From assembly GCA_964635925.1 (NCBI GenBank), contig CAZWQS010000001.1, forward strand, positions 1 to 59,055: a stretch of DNA of 59,055 nt. The letters run 5' to 3'. This document shows positions 41,257 through 50,278 of the stretch, one piece after another (the stretch's first letter is position 1; every line of letters begins with the position of its first letter). Below the pieces are notes generated by a model. That model was given only the letters and a program-made list of their open reading frames with translations. It was not told where the DNA came from and did not search any database. A program made the translations under genes and the position numbers. This DNA comes from an uncultured Terricaulis sp. (GTDB taxonomy: Bacteria; Pseudomonadota; Alphaproteobacteria; Caulobacterales; Aquidulcibacteraceae).

Positions 41257-42677
41257 CAGCTCGCCTTCAGCTTGCGCGGGTCGGCGATGGCGCCGGCGAT
41301 GGCCGAAGCGGCGACAACGGCGGGAGAGGCCAAGTGCGTGCGCGTGCCGGGGCCTTGGCGGTTTTCGAAATTGCGATTGGTGGAGCTGACCACGCGCGCT
41401 TTCGGCGCAAAGCTTTCCCCGCCGGCGAAGAAGCACATTGAGCAGCCAGATTCCCGCCATTCAAAGCCCGCGTCGGCGAACACCTTATCGATGCCCTCGG
41501 CCTCCGCTTGCAGCTTCACCTGGCTTGAGCCCGGCACGCAGATGGCTTTCACGCCCGCCGCCACTTTGCGCCCCTTCAGCACCGCCGCGGCAGCGCGCAG
41601 ATCGCTGATCCGGCTGTTGGTGCAGGAGCCGATGAACGCGGCGTCGATCGCTAGCCCCTCCAACGGCGCGCCCGCTTCCAGCGCCATGTAATCGAGCCCG
41701 CGCTGATAGCTTTCGCGGCTTTCACGCTGAGCGACCTCCTCATACGCCGGCACGCGCGCATTGATGGGGGATGCCTGCTGCGGGGACGCGCCCCATGTCA
41801 CCATGGGCGCCACGTCGGCCGCATCGATGCGGATGTCGCGATCGAACACGGCGTCTTCGTCGCTCGTTAAGGTGCGCCAATACTCTTCCGCTTGGTCCCA
41901 CAGCGCCCCTTGCGGCGCGAAGGGGCGGCCCTTGAGATAGGCGATGGTCTTATCATCCGGCGCCACAATGGCGTTAAACGCCGAAAGCTCAGCCGCCATG
42001 TTACACAAGGTCATGCGCGCTTCCAAATCGAGCGCCGCGATCGCTTCGCCGCAATACTCGATGGCGCAGCCTTTGCCGCCGCCGGCTGAGAGTGCGGCGA
42101 GGATGTGCAGCGCCAGGTCTTTCACCGTGACGCCGGCCCCCAAAACGCCATCGACGCGGATGCGCATGTTGCCCGGCTTGCTCACGCGCAACACCCCGGT
42201 GGCGAGCGCATGTTCGGCTTCCGATGAGCCAACGCCCCAGGCCATCGCGCCAAGCGCGCCTTGCGTGCAGGTGTGACTATCGGGCGCGATCAATGTCACG
42301 CCCGGCAGCACGATGCCTTGTTCAGGCGACACAACGTGCACGATGCCTTGGCGCGGATCGCCGATGTCGAACAAAGTGATGCCGGCGCGCGCGCATTCCT
42401 CGCGGAACGTGCGGATGAAATCGGCGCCCGTCGGCATGATGGTTTTGTCGGTGCGGCCAGGGAAAGTGTCGACGACGTGGTCCATGATGCCGAACACGCG
42501 TTCAACACCGCGCACGCTGCGCCCGCTGTCGCGCAGACTGCGCAGCGCGACCCCGCCCGTACGCTCGTGCAAGAGAATGCGGTCGATGGCGAGCAGAGTG
42601 ACATCACCCAGCGCTTTCACGCTGTGCTGCGCCCAGATTTTATCGACCAGGGTTTGACCCAATTCCCGCTCCCTCAA
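41256..42677 (-). CDS. leuC: LeuC-like hydratase large subunit (divergent, probably catabolic)
   Basis: QGIVHVV, DSHT, RMTLCNM, FIGSCTN, GCSMC, STNRNFENRQG. Confidence 0.88.
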   Translation of the reverse strand: MRERELGQTLVDKIWAQHSVKALGDVTLLAIDRILLHERTGGVALRSLRDSGRSVRGVERVFGIMDHVVDTFPGRTDKTIMPTGADFIRTFREECARAGITLFDIGDPRQGIVHVVSPEQGIVLPGVTLIAPDSHTCTQGALGAMAWGVGSSEAEHALATGVLRVSKPGNMRIRVDGVLGAGVTVKDLALHILAALSAGGGKGCAIEYCGEAIAALDLEARMTLCNMAAELSAFNAIVAPDDKTIAYLKGRPFAPQGALWDQAEEYWRTLTSDEDAVFDRDIRIDAADVAPMVTWGASPQQASPINARVPAYEEVAQRESRESYQRGLDYMALEAGAPLEGLAIDAAFIGSCTNSRISDLRAAAAVLKGRKVAAGVKAICVPGSSQVKLQAEAEGIDKVFADAGFEWRESGCSMCFFAGGESFAPKARVVSSTNRNFENRQGPGTRTHLASPAVVAASAIAGAIADPRKLKAS

Positions 42678-43831
42678 TCGCCGAGCAGCGCTTGGTTGTC
42701 CTGCCCTGGCGCGGGCGGATCGTTCCAGGCGGGCGCGCGCTTGTTGCCGAACGCGATCGGCAGCGCAGGCAGCCGCGCGCGGCGCGCGTCGGGGTGGCCG
42801 GGGTGGGGAATGGTGAGTTCGGTCATGCCGCCGGCGGCGAGATGGGGATCGTCCAGCAGGTCCATCGGCTTGGACACCGGCGCGAACGGCAGGCCAATTC
42901 GTTCCAGCGTCGTCAGCAGCTCATCCTTGCGCATGCTTTTGAAGAGCGGGCGCAGGCGAGCGAGAATCCGCTCACGCTCGCCGATGCGCTGGTTGTTGAG
43001 CGCCAGCGTTTCATCCGCGGCGAAATCATCGAGTGCGAACGCTTCACACAGCGTGCGCCATTGCGCATCGCTGACGACGCCAATGAAAACCTGATCGCCA
43101 GAATCTGTTTCAAACAGGTCGTACACAGCCCAAGCAGATGTGCGTTCCGTCATCGGCGGGGGCGCAACGCCCGTGAGCACGCCTTGCGCGATATGTTGGC
43201 CGACGAAAAACGCCGTGGTCTCAAACAGCGAGCAATTGACGAGTTGTCCCTGACCGGTGCGATGGCGCTGCTCAAGCGCGGCTAGCACGCCGATGACGCC
43301 GAACATACCGCCGGCCACGTCGATCACCGAGGCGCCGGCGCGCAAGGGGCGGCCCTTGGGGCCAGTCATGTAGGCGAGCCCGCCCATCATCTGCGCGACT
43401 TCATCAAGCGCGGTGCGCTCTTCATAGGGGCCGTTGAGAAAGCCCTTGGCGGCGCAGAAGATCAGCCGTGGATTGGCCGCGCGCAGCGCCTCATATCCAA
43501 GGCCGAGGCGATCGAGCGTGCCGCTGCGGAAGTTTTCCACCACGATGTCCGCGCCCTCAACCAGCGCGCGCGCCTGGCGCAGGCCCTCGGGTGATTTCAA
43601 GTTGAGCGTCACGCTTTTCTTGTTGCGATTATACATCGAGAAATAGCCCGCGCCCGAGCCCTTCAGGCGCCGGGTCTGGTCGCCGTCCTCCGGCTCGATC
43701 CGGATCACTTCCGCGCCAAGATCGGCCAGCAAAAGCCCGACGCAGGGCCCCATCACCATATGAGTGAATTCGATGACGCGGATGCCATGCAGCGGCGCTT
43801 GGTTGCGGGGCAGGGCCTCGGCGGCGGGCAT
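42674..43831 (-). CDS. Class III (CaiB/BaiF) CoA-transferase
   Basis: GIRVIEF, LADLGAEVIRIE, NRNKKS, ENFRSG, ALDEVAQ. Confidence 0.92.
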   Translation of the reverse strand: MPAAEALPRNQAPLHGIRVIEFTHMVMGPCVGLLLADLGAEVIRIEPEDGDQTRRLKGSGAGYFSMYNRNKKSVTLNLKSPEGLRQARALVEGADIVVENFRSGTLDRLGLGYEALRAANPRLIFCAAKGFLNGPYEERTALDEVAQMMGGLAYMTGPKGRPLRAGASVIDVAGGMFGVIGVLAALEQRHRTGQGQLVNCSLFETTAFFVGQHIAQGVLTGVAPPPMTERTSAWAVYDLFETDSGDQVFIGVVSDAQWRTLCEAFALDDFAADETLALNNQRIGERERILARLRPLFKSMRKDELLTTLERIGLPFAPVSKPMDLLDDPHLAAGGMTELTIPHPGHPDARRARLPALPIAFGNKRAPAWNDPPAPGQDNQALLGD

Positions 43832-43876
43832 AAATCGGCTCCTTAGGGCTAGGTTCTCTTGTTAAGCTAGGTCTGA

Positions 43877-43894
43877 TGATATAACAATAGGACA
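43877..43894. promoter_or_regulatory. Putative island operator, site 9 (TGATAT-AACAAT-AGGACA)
   Basis: 9/12 match in the divergent gap between the CoA-transferase and the lyase; includes ATAACAATAGGAC shared with site 8. Confidence 0.6.
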
Positions 43895-43920
43895 TGTTGG
43901 GCGCGCCGCGAGCAGGATCA

Positions 43921-44862
43921 GTGGGCAAACGCATCACCATCAGCGAAGTCGGCCCCCGCGACGGCCTGCAGAGCATCAGCCACATCCTGACGCTCGAGCA
44001 GAAACTCGCCTGGATCGAGGCTGAAGCTGCCGCTGGCGTCACAGAGATCGAGGTGGGCTCCTTTGTGCCGGCCAAGCTTTTGCCGCAGCTTGCGGATACG
44101 GCCGAGGTCGTCCGCCGCGCGCGCGCGATACCAGGGCTTACCGTCGCCGTGCTCGTGCCAAACGCCAAGGGTGCGGCCGCCGCGCTGGAAGCGGGGGCGC
44201 ACAAGCTCACTATTCCGCTCTCGGTCAGCGAAACGCACAGCCTACGCAATGTGCGGCGCACGCATGCGCAGATGATCGATGAGGCGCGCGCGATCAGCGC
44301 CATGATCGCCGATCTGCCGCAAGCGCAGCGCCCCCACTTTGAAGGCTCGCTCTCCACGGTGTTTGGCTGCACGCTTGAAGGCGCCATCCCCGACGCGCAA
44401 GTGCAGCGCCTCGCGGAGCAATTACGCGACGCCGGCTGCGATGAGATCGGCCTTTCCGATACGACGGGCTACGCCAATCCCGCCCAGGTGCGCCACATGA
44501 TCCGCCTTGTGCGCGGCGTGGTCGGCGAGGACGCGGTCACCGGGCTGCATTTGCACAATACGCGCGGCCTCGGCCTCGCCAATGTGCTTGCGGGCTTGGA
44601 AGAAGACATCACCACGTTCGACAGCTCGCTCGGCGGGCTCGGCGGGTGCCCATTCGCGCCGGGCGCCAGCGGCAATATCGTGACCGAAGACTTGGTGTTC
44701 ATGCTGGAAGCCATGGGAATCGAAACGGGCGTGGATTTCGACGGCCTGCTGAAAGCGCGCGTGATCCTGCGTGACGCGCTTAATCCCGAAGAGCCGCTTT
44801 ATGGCTTTGCGCCCGAAGCAGGCTTGCCGCTCGGCTTCGCGTACGCCGCGGCGCGGGGTTAG
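43921..44862 (+). CDS. HMG-CoA lyase-family enzyme
   Basis: EVGPRDGLQ, LSDTTG, LHLHNTRG, GGCPFAPGASGN; GTG start after AGGA. Confidence 0.9.
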   Translation: MGKRITISEVGPRDGLQSISHILTLEQKLAWIEAEAAAGVTEIEVGSFVPAKLLPQLADTAEVVRRARAIPGLTVAVLVPNAKGAAAALEAGAHKLTIPLSVSETHSLRNVRRTHAQMIDEARAISAMIADLPQAQRPHFEGSLSTVFGCTLEGAIPDAQVQRLAEQLRDAGCDEIGLSDTTGYANPAQVRHMIRLVRGVVGEDAVTGLHLHNTRGLGLANVLAGLEEDITTFDSSLGGLGGCPFAPGASGNIVTEDLVFMLEAMGIETGVDFDGLLKARVILRDALNPEEPLYGFAPEAGLPLGFAYAAARG

Positions 44863-44864
44863 AC

Positions 44865-45758
44865 TTAATCGACCAGTGCGAAGAATGCCGCGAGCGCGGC
44901 GCGCGTGTCGGGCTCGTCCAGCGTCGGGGCGTGGCCGACATTGGCGATCGTCGCGCACATGGCGGTGGGGCAGAGCGTGCTCATGCGCTGCGCCGTATCG
45001 GCGGCGAGGATGTCGGAGAGTTCGCCGCGCAGGATCAAGGTCGGCCGCTGGCGAGCGAGCTTCTTATATCCGCGCCACAGGATCATCGACGCGATCTTCA
45101 GCGCTTGTGGCGAGAAACGGCGCGAGATGTTCGGATCGTAGTCGAGGAGCGGGGCGCCGTCTGCGCCAGGCTTGAACGACCGCCGCGCGAAACGCGCCCA
45201 ATCCGCCGCTGTGCTGTTGGGAAACGCCGCGCCGTGGATATGCGCCATGGCGCGCGCGGCGTCATCCCAGGTGCGCACGGGATCGCCTTTGCCGACATAG
45301 CCCGCGATGCGTTTAACGCCGGCTTGATCCGTCGCGGGCCCGACATCGTTCAGCACGATCCCTGCGATCCGATCGACCGACGCCAAGGCCATCGTCATCG
45401 CCACGATCCCGCCGAGCGAGGTGCCGATGATGTGCGCGCGCGGGATGCTGAGCGTGCTGAGCAGGCTCTCAATGTCGCGCGCATAAATGCGCGGGTTGTA
45501 ATTGTTCGGCCGCGGATCGTAGGCCGAAGCGCCGCGACCGCGCAGATCGACGGCGATAACGCGTCTGCCCTGCGCGGCGAGCCACGGCGCGACGTCTTCA
45601 AAGTCGCGCGAATTGCGTGTGAGGCCCGGAATGCAGATGATGGGGCGCTTGCCGGTTTGCGCTTGCGGGCGAAACTCGCGCGCATGGAGCGCAAGACCGT
45701 CGAACGAACGCCAGGCGATGTCGATCGGCCCTTCGCTCAGGCCTTGCGCCCCATCCAT
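44865..45758 (-). CDS. Alpha/beta-fold hydrolase
   Basis: PGLTRNSRDF, DLRGRG, nucleophile elbow GTSLGG, GHAP. Confidence 0.88.
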   Translation of the reverse strand: MDGAQGLSEGPIDIAWRSFDGLALHAREFRPQAQTGKRPIICIPGLTRNSRDFEDVAPWLAAQGRRVIAVDLRGRGASAYDPRPNNYNPRIYARDIESLLSTLSIPRAHIIGTSLGGIVAMTMALASVDRIAGIVLNDVGPATDQAGVKRIAGYVGKGDPVRTWDDAARAMAHIHGAAFPNSTAADWARFARRSFKPGADGAPLLDYDPNISRRFSPQALKIASMILWRGYKKLARQRPTLILRGELSDILAADTAQRMSTLCPTAMCATIANVGHAPTLDEPDTRAALAAFFALVD

Positions 45759-45759
45759 C

Positions 45760-48090
45760 TCAGTACCGATACTCAAGCGAAGCAAACACCGTGCGCGGAG
45801 GGCCATAAAAGCCAATCACCGAGTCGCCGAAGGCGAGGCTGTTGAAATAATAGCCCCCGGTGCGGTAGCGCTCATCCGTCAGGTTGCGCCCGTGCAAACC
45901 AACGCGCCATGCGTTCGATGCGCTCGTCCAGACAAGGCTGAGATCGTAAAGTTCATAGCCGGGCTGATCGATCTCGGGCGCGGGCGTTTCAAACATGGAT
46001 GTATCGCTGCGGAACGCCACGCTGCCCCGCACATTGAGGTCGCCGCCGAAGAGCGGCGTCAAGTAATTGAGCGCAAGCTGCCCATTCCAATCCGGCGTGT
46101 TCTGGAATTGGCGCTGATCGGCGACATCCACCAGCACAAAAGCAGGCGGCGGCGCGGGATTGGGCGCATAGGCCAGGAATTCGTCGAAGGACGCGTCGAT
46201 ATAGCCGACATTGAAATCCATGCTGAAAGCGCTTGTCAGCCGCGCGGAAAGCTCAAGTTCAGCGCCGTTGATGGTGGAGCTGCCGACATTGTCCACGAAA
46301 CTTACGACGCCGGTGCCGGCCTGGTTGACCTGCTGGCTGGTGACTTGCTGGCCTTCATAGGCGGCGTGAAAGATGGCGCCGGAGAAACGCAGGCGATTGT
46401 CGAAGGCAAGGCCGCGCAAGCCGAGTTCGTAAGAATCCACGGTTTCGGGTGCATAGCCGTTGGCTGTCGCCGGCGTCGCGGCCGCGTCGCCGCGCATGTC
46501 GAAGCCGCCGGATTTGAACCCGCGCGAGTAGGCGACATAGAGGTTCATATCTTCCGCGAGTTCGTAGGACAAGCTGACGCGCGGGGTGAATTCCTCGAAG
46601 GTTTCCGAGCGGGAATAGTTCGTCAGCACCTGGAATGGCGCAGACGCCACGCCGCTGATCGGGCTGCCAATGCCTAAATAGTTTGCCTTGAAAACCTCTG
46701 CGGCCTTGTCGTCCTGGGTCCAGCGCGCGCCGATCGACAACGCCCAGCGCTCGAAGAGATCGATGTCTATATCGCCGAAAATGGCGAAGGATTCGGTATC
46801 GACGCGCCCGCTCGTGCCTTGCGTCAGTGCGGGCGAGGGGGCGCCAGGGATTGCCGCGGCGCCGACGCCGAGCGTGGTGTCGAATTTGCCCGCTGCGGTG
46901 GCGTCCATGTAATAGAGTCCGACCACGCCGCGCCAGCGCTCCATATCAAACGCCATCTGGAATTCTTGCGAGAATTGATGATCGGTGTAGAGCGAGCCCA
47001 ATCCGCCGACATCCAAAAGCGGCGCCGGCGTGCCGTCGAAATCGATGCCGCGCGAATTGGTTTCGCCTTCGCGGTAGGCCGTGATTGACTTGAACGTGAG
47101 TGCCTCGTTGGCCTGCCATTCGCCCAACAGAGACGCGCCCTGGGTGATCACCTCGTTGGCGTCGGCCATGCCTGCCCAGGTGTCGTATTCGTTACCTTGC
47201 ACGGGAAAAGCGCCGGCTGGAATGTTGATGTTGAAGGGCGGGGCGTTGAACGGCGGAGCGCCAAACGCGGCGGGGACAGGGCGCTCGCGGTGGCCGTGAT
47301 TGATGTTTGAATCGTCGTCGAGATGGTCGGCCGAAAAGCGGAAGAAGAGATTGCTGGTGGGCGTTACTTCCAAAGTGAACCGCCCGGCGATGACGTCGCG
47401 ATTGTTCGTATCGGCGCCGGTGAAATGGTTTGTGCCGAACCCGTCGCGATTATAAGTGGCGAAGGCGGCGCCGATGCGCACGTGATCGCCCAACGGCGCT
47501 GATCCCGAGAGGATCAAATCGCGCTGATTGTATTCGCCAATGTTGGCGCGCGCGCGAAACTCGGGATCGTCAGTGAGGCGGCGCGTCACGTATTTGATCG
47601 CGCCGCCGATCGTGTTGCGGCCATAGAGCGTGCCTTGGGGGCCGCGCAACACCTCGATGCGGTCGATGTCGAAAATGTCGAGCACCGCGCCTTGGGGGCG
47701 AGCGATGTAAACGTCATCGACATACAGCCCAACGCCTGGCTCGAAGCCCCACAATGGATCTTGCTGCCCCACGCCGCGGATGAAGGCGGTCAGCGTCGAA
47801 TTAGTCCCGCGCGACACCTGCAGCGTGAGGTTCGGCGTTGAGCGCTGGAGCGCGGTGATGTCCGGCGCGCCGCGGATATCGAGTTGTTCGCCGCTTTGAG
47901 TGGTGATCGCGATTGGCACGTCGATCAGCGATTCCTCGCGCCGGCGCGCGGTGACGACGATCTCGGCATCCTCCCGAACCGCGGGCTCGCCCGGCTGACT
48001 CTGAGCGTAAGCGGGCCCGGCGGCGGCCAAGCAAAGCACCGAGGCCGCCTGCAGCAGGCTGAGCCGCGAAAACGCGCGACGTGCGGTCAT
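45760..48090 (-). CDS. TonB-dependent receptor
   Basis: Signal peptide ending AYA, EIVVTARRREE, RIEVLRGPQGTLYGRN, C-terminal EYRY. Confidence 0.93.
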   Translation of the reverse strand: MTARRAFSRLSLLQAASVLCLAAAGPAYAQSQPGEPAVREDAEIVVTARRREESLIDVPIAITTQSGEQLDIRGAPDITALQRSTPNLTLQVSRGTNSTLTAFIRGVGQQDPLWGFEPGVGLYVDDVYIARPQGAVLDIFDIDRIEVLRGPQGTLYGRNTIGGAIKYVTRRLTDDPEFRARANIGEYNQRDLILSGSAPLGDHVRIGAAFATYNRDGFGTNHFTGADTNNRDVIAGRFTLEVTPTSNLFFRFSADHLDDDSNINHGHRERPVPAAFGAPPFNAPPFNINIPAGAFPVQGNEYDTWAGMADANEVITQGASLLGEWQANEALTFKSITAYREGETNSRGIDFDGTPAPLLDVGGLGSLYTDHQFSQEFQMAFDMERWRGVVGLYYMDATAAGKFDTTLGVGAAAIPGAPSPALTQGTSGRVDTESFAIFGDIDIDLFERWALSIGARWTQDDKAAEVFKANYLGIGSPISGVASAPFQVLTNYSRSETFEEFTPRVSLSYELAEDMNLYVAYSRGFKSGGFDMRGDAAATPATANGYAPETVDSYELGLRGLAFDNRLRFSGAIFHAAYEGQQVTSQQVNQAGTGVVSFVDNVGSSTINGAELELSARLTSAFSMDFNVGYIDASFDEFLAYAPNPAPPPAFVLVDVADQRQFQNTPDWNGQLALNYLTPLFGGDLNVRGSVAFRSDTSMFETPAPEIDQPGYELYDLSLVWTSASNAWRVGLHGRNLTDERYRTGGYYFNSLAFGDSVIGFYGPPRTVFASLEYRY

Positions 48091-48163
48091 GTCTTCCTCC
48101 CCTGGCGCGCGTCGAGCCCGCGCCTTGGCTGGAGGAGCGCATGCAAGACGCCATGCGTCAAGA

Positions 48164-48187
48164 TATTTATTCATCCATCAATAAATA
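48164..48187. promoter_or_regulatory. Putative TetR operator (TATTTATT-catccatc-AATAAATA)
   Basis: AT-rich inverted repeat between the divergent TonB receptor and tetR genes. Confidence 0.7.
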
Positions 48188-48207
48188 AAAGTATGTTAGA
48201 AGGGGGT

Positions 48208-48948
48208 ATGAGCAAGCCTTCGACCCGCAAAGCCGCGCCGCGCCCCGCGCCCCAGCGGCGCAGTCAGGCGGAGCGGCGCGAAGCCGCCCGCGAGCGCATC
48301 CTGGATGCGGCCGAGGAGTTGTTTGGCAAGCACGGCTATTACGGCGTCACGCTCCGCGACGTGGCCGCCCAGGCCGAAGCCGACACCGCGCTGCTGCACT
48401 ATTATTTCGACGGCAAGGCGGGCCTCTTTGATGAGGTCGTCGCGCGTCGCGCCGAGACCGTGAACCGTGCGCGGCTTGACTCGCTGGAGCGCTATGAGCG
48501 CGAGCACGCGGACGCAATGACGGCGCGCGGGATTGTTTCCGCTTATCTCACGCCGACATTCAACTTTCTGATGACGGGCGACGCGGGCATGCGCCACTAC
48601 GCGCGTGTCGTGGCGAAAGTGAATAGCACCGGTGTTTCCGACGATTTCAACGTATCGGTCACGCCGTTTGACCCTGTTGTGCACAAGATGGCGCGCATGC
48701 TGAAGCGCGTGCGCCCCGATGTTTCAGAGGCGGACGTCTATTGGTTCTATCATATGATGTCGGGCGCGATTTCGCTGTCGCTCGCCGAAACCGGACGCAT
48801 CGACGCGCTTTCCGGCGGGCGCTGCAAATCAGCGGACTTTGCGGCCATCCTCGACCGCATGACGGTGATTTTCGGCGCCGGCTTTGACGGGTTGCGGCCG
48901 GAACAGGCATCAAGCGATCGGCGCCCGCGTAAGCCCCGCGCCAAATAA
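48208..48948 (+). CDS. TetR/AcrR-family transcriptional regulator
   Basis: RERILDAAEELFGKHGYYGVTLRDVAAQA...LLHYYFDGKAGL. Confidence 0.92.
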   Translation: MSKPSTRKAAPRPAPQRRSQAERREAARERILDAAEELFGKHGYYGVTLRDVAAQAEADTALLHYYFDGKAGLFDEVVARRAETVNRARLDSLERYEREHADAMTARGIVSAYLTPTFNFLMTGDAGMRHYARVVAKVNSTGVSDDFNVSVTPFDPVVHKMARMLKRVRPDVSEADVYWFYHMMSGAISLSLAETGRIDALSGGRCKSADFAAILDRMTVIFGAGFDGLRPEQASSDRRPRKPRAK

Positions 48949-49002
48949 CGCGTCTGGCGTCAGCCGTCAGGCGACCGGGACGCTTGAAGCGGTGGCGCAA
49001 TG

Positions 49003-49012
49003 TTGTATACAA
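49003..49012. promoter_or_regulatory. TTGTATACAA box 1
   Basis: Perfect 10-bp palindrome upstream of the RraA-like gene; repeated at three other intergenic positions. Confidence 0.7.
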
Positions 49013-49246
49013 GATGAAGCCGTGGCGTCGGAGGACACGCGTTCGCCGCTCTGAGGGATTGGGCTTCACGGGCCGTGCGCCGGGCCGCCCGCCGCCGCGC
49101 TCCTACCCCCATCGTCTCAGATCTGCGTTGCTGCCCCTGGAGCCGGCCCGTTCGGCGCTCTTTTGCGAGCGCCGGAACCCAACTAAGCGCGCGCGGCCGT
49201 TGTGAGGGCGCGGCGACGGGCGAGAGACCCAAGGGGAGAAAAACGC

Positions 49247-50212
49247 ATGATTAGGAAAATACTCGGAATAACAATCGCATCAGCGATGCTATGGGCGGCC
49301 GCGTCAGCCAGCGCCCAGGTGCTTATGACGCCCGACGAGATTCGCTTCTACACGCCGGAATGGCGCGGCGAGCGCTTTCCAGACGGGCGTCCGCGCATCC
49401 CGGATGAACTGGTCGAGCGCGCGCGCGCGATCTCGCTCGAAGAAGCCTGGGGCACGCTGCGTGCGCAGGGCTACAACAACCAGTTCGAGTCCAATTGGCA
49501 GGCGATCCGCCCCGGCGAAGTGATCGTGGGGCGGGCGCTGACGGCGCAATTCATGCCGCTTCGGCCTGACATGCATGCAGCTTTGTCGCGCGAGGCGCAG
49601 CGCCTGCGTGGCTGGGACGACAAGTCCAACATCTGGCCGATCCAATCGCTGCAGCCCGGCGATATCTACGTCGCCGACGCTTATGGCAAGATCATCGACG
49701 GCACGCTGATTGGCGACATCCTCGGCAATTCGATCTACGCCCGCTCACGCAACGGTTTCGTATTCGACGGCAGCGTGCGCGACCTTCAGGGCCTTTCGGC
49801 CATCGAAGGTTTCAACGGCTATTTCCGTGAAGCCGATCCTTCCGCGATCCGCGAAATGCAGATGGTGGAGATCAACCGTCCGATCCGCATCGGCCGCGCC
49901 ACCGTGCTGCCGGGCGACCTTGTGGTGGCGAAATTCGGCGGCGTAGTGTTCATTCCCGCGCATCTCGCGGAATTGGTGATCACGCAATCGGAGTTCATCT
50001 CGCTGCGCGATCAGTTCGCCCATGATTCTGTGCGCACGGGACGCTATGGGCCAGAGCAGATGGATACGGCGTGGACGCCGGCGATCCAGCGCGCGTTCGT
50101 AGAGTGGGTTCGCGCCAATCCGGATCGCATGCCGATGACGGAAGCGCAGTGGCAGGAAGTTCTGCGCCGCAACAACTGGGACTCAAGCGGACGGACGAAT
50201 AACCGCCGCTAA
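49247..50212 (+). CDS. RraA / HMG-CHA-aldolase-family protein with a Sec signal peptide
   Basis: MIRKILGITIASAMLWAAASASAQ leader; VGRALT, GDIYVAD, IGDILG...DGSVRD, VLPGDLVV, GVVFIP. Confidence 0.82.
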   Translation: MIRKILGITIASAMLWAAASASAQVLMTPDEIRFYTPEWRGERFPDGRPRIPDELVERARAISLEEAWGTLRAQGYNNQFESNWQAIRPGEVIVGRALTAQFMPLRPDMHAALSREAQRLRGWDDKSNIWPIQSLQPGDIYVADAYGKIIDGTLIGDILGNSIYARSRNGFVFDGSVRDLQGLSAIEGFNGYFREADPSAIREMQMVEINRPIRIGRATVLPGDLVVAKFGGVVFIPAHLAELVITQSEFISLRDQFAHDSVRTGRYGPEQMDTAWTPAIQRAFVEWVRANPDRMPMTEAQWQEVLRRNNWDSSGRTNNRR

Positions 50213-50237
50213 GATTTCATCCTCGTACGACCTTGCA

Positions 50238-50274
50238 ACCGGCCGGGGCGCGCGCCCCGGCCGGTCTTTCTTTT
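50238..50274 (+). terminator. Intrinsic terminator
   Basis: ACCGGCCGGGGC stem with GCCCCGGCCGGT, followed by CTTTCTTTT. Confidence 0.8.
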
Positions 50275-50278
50275 GCTC

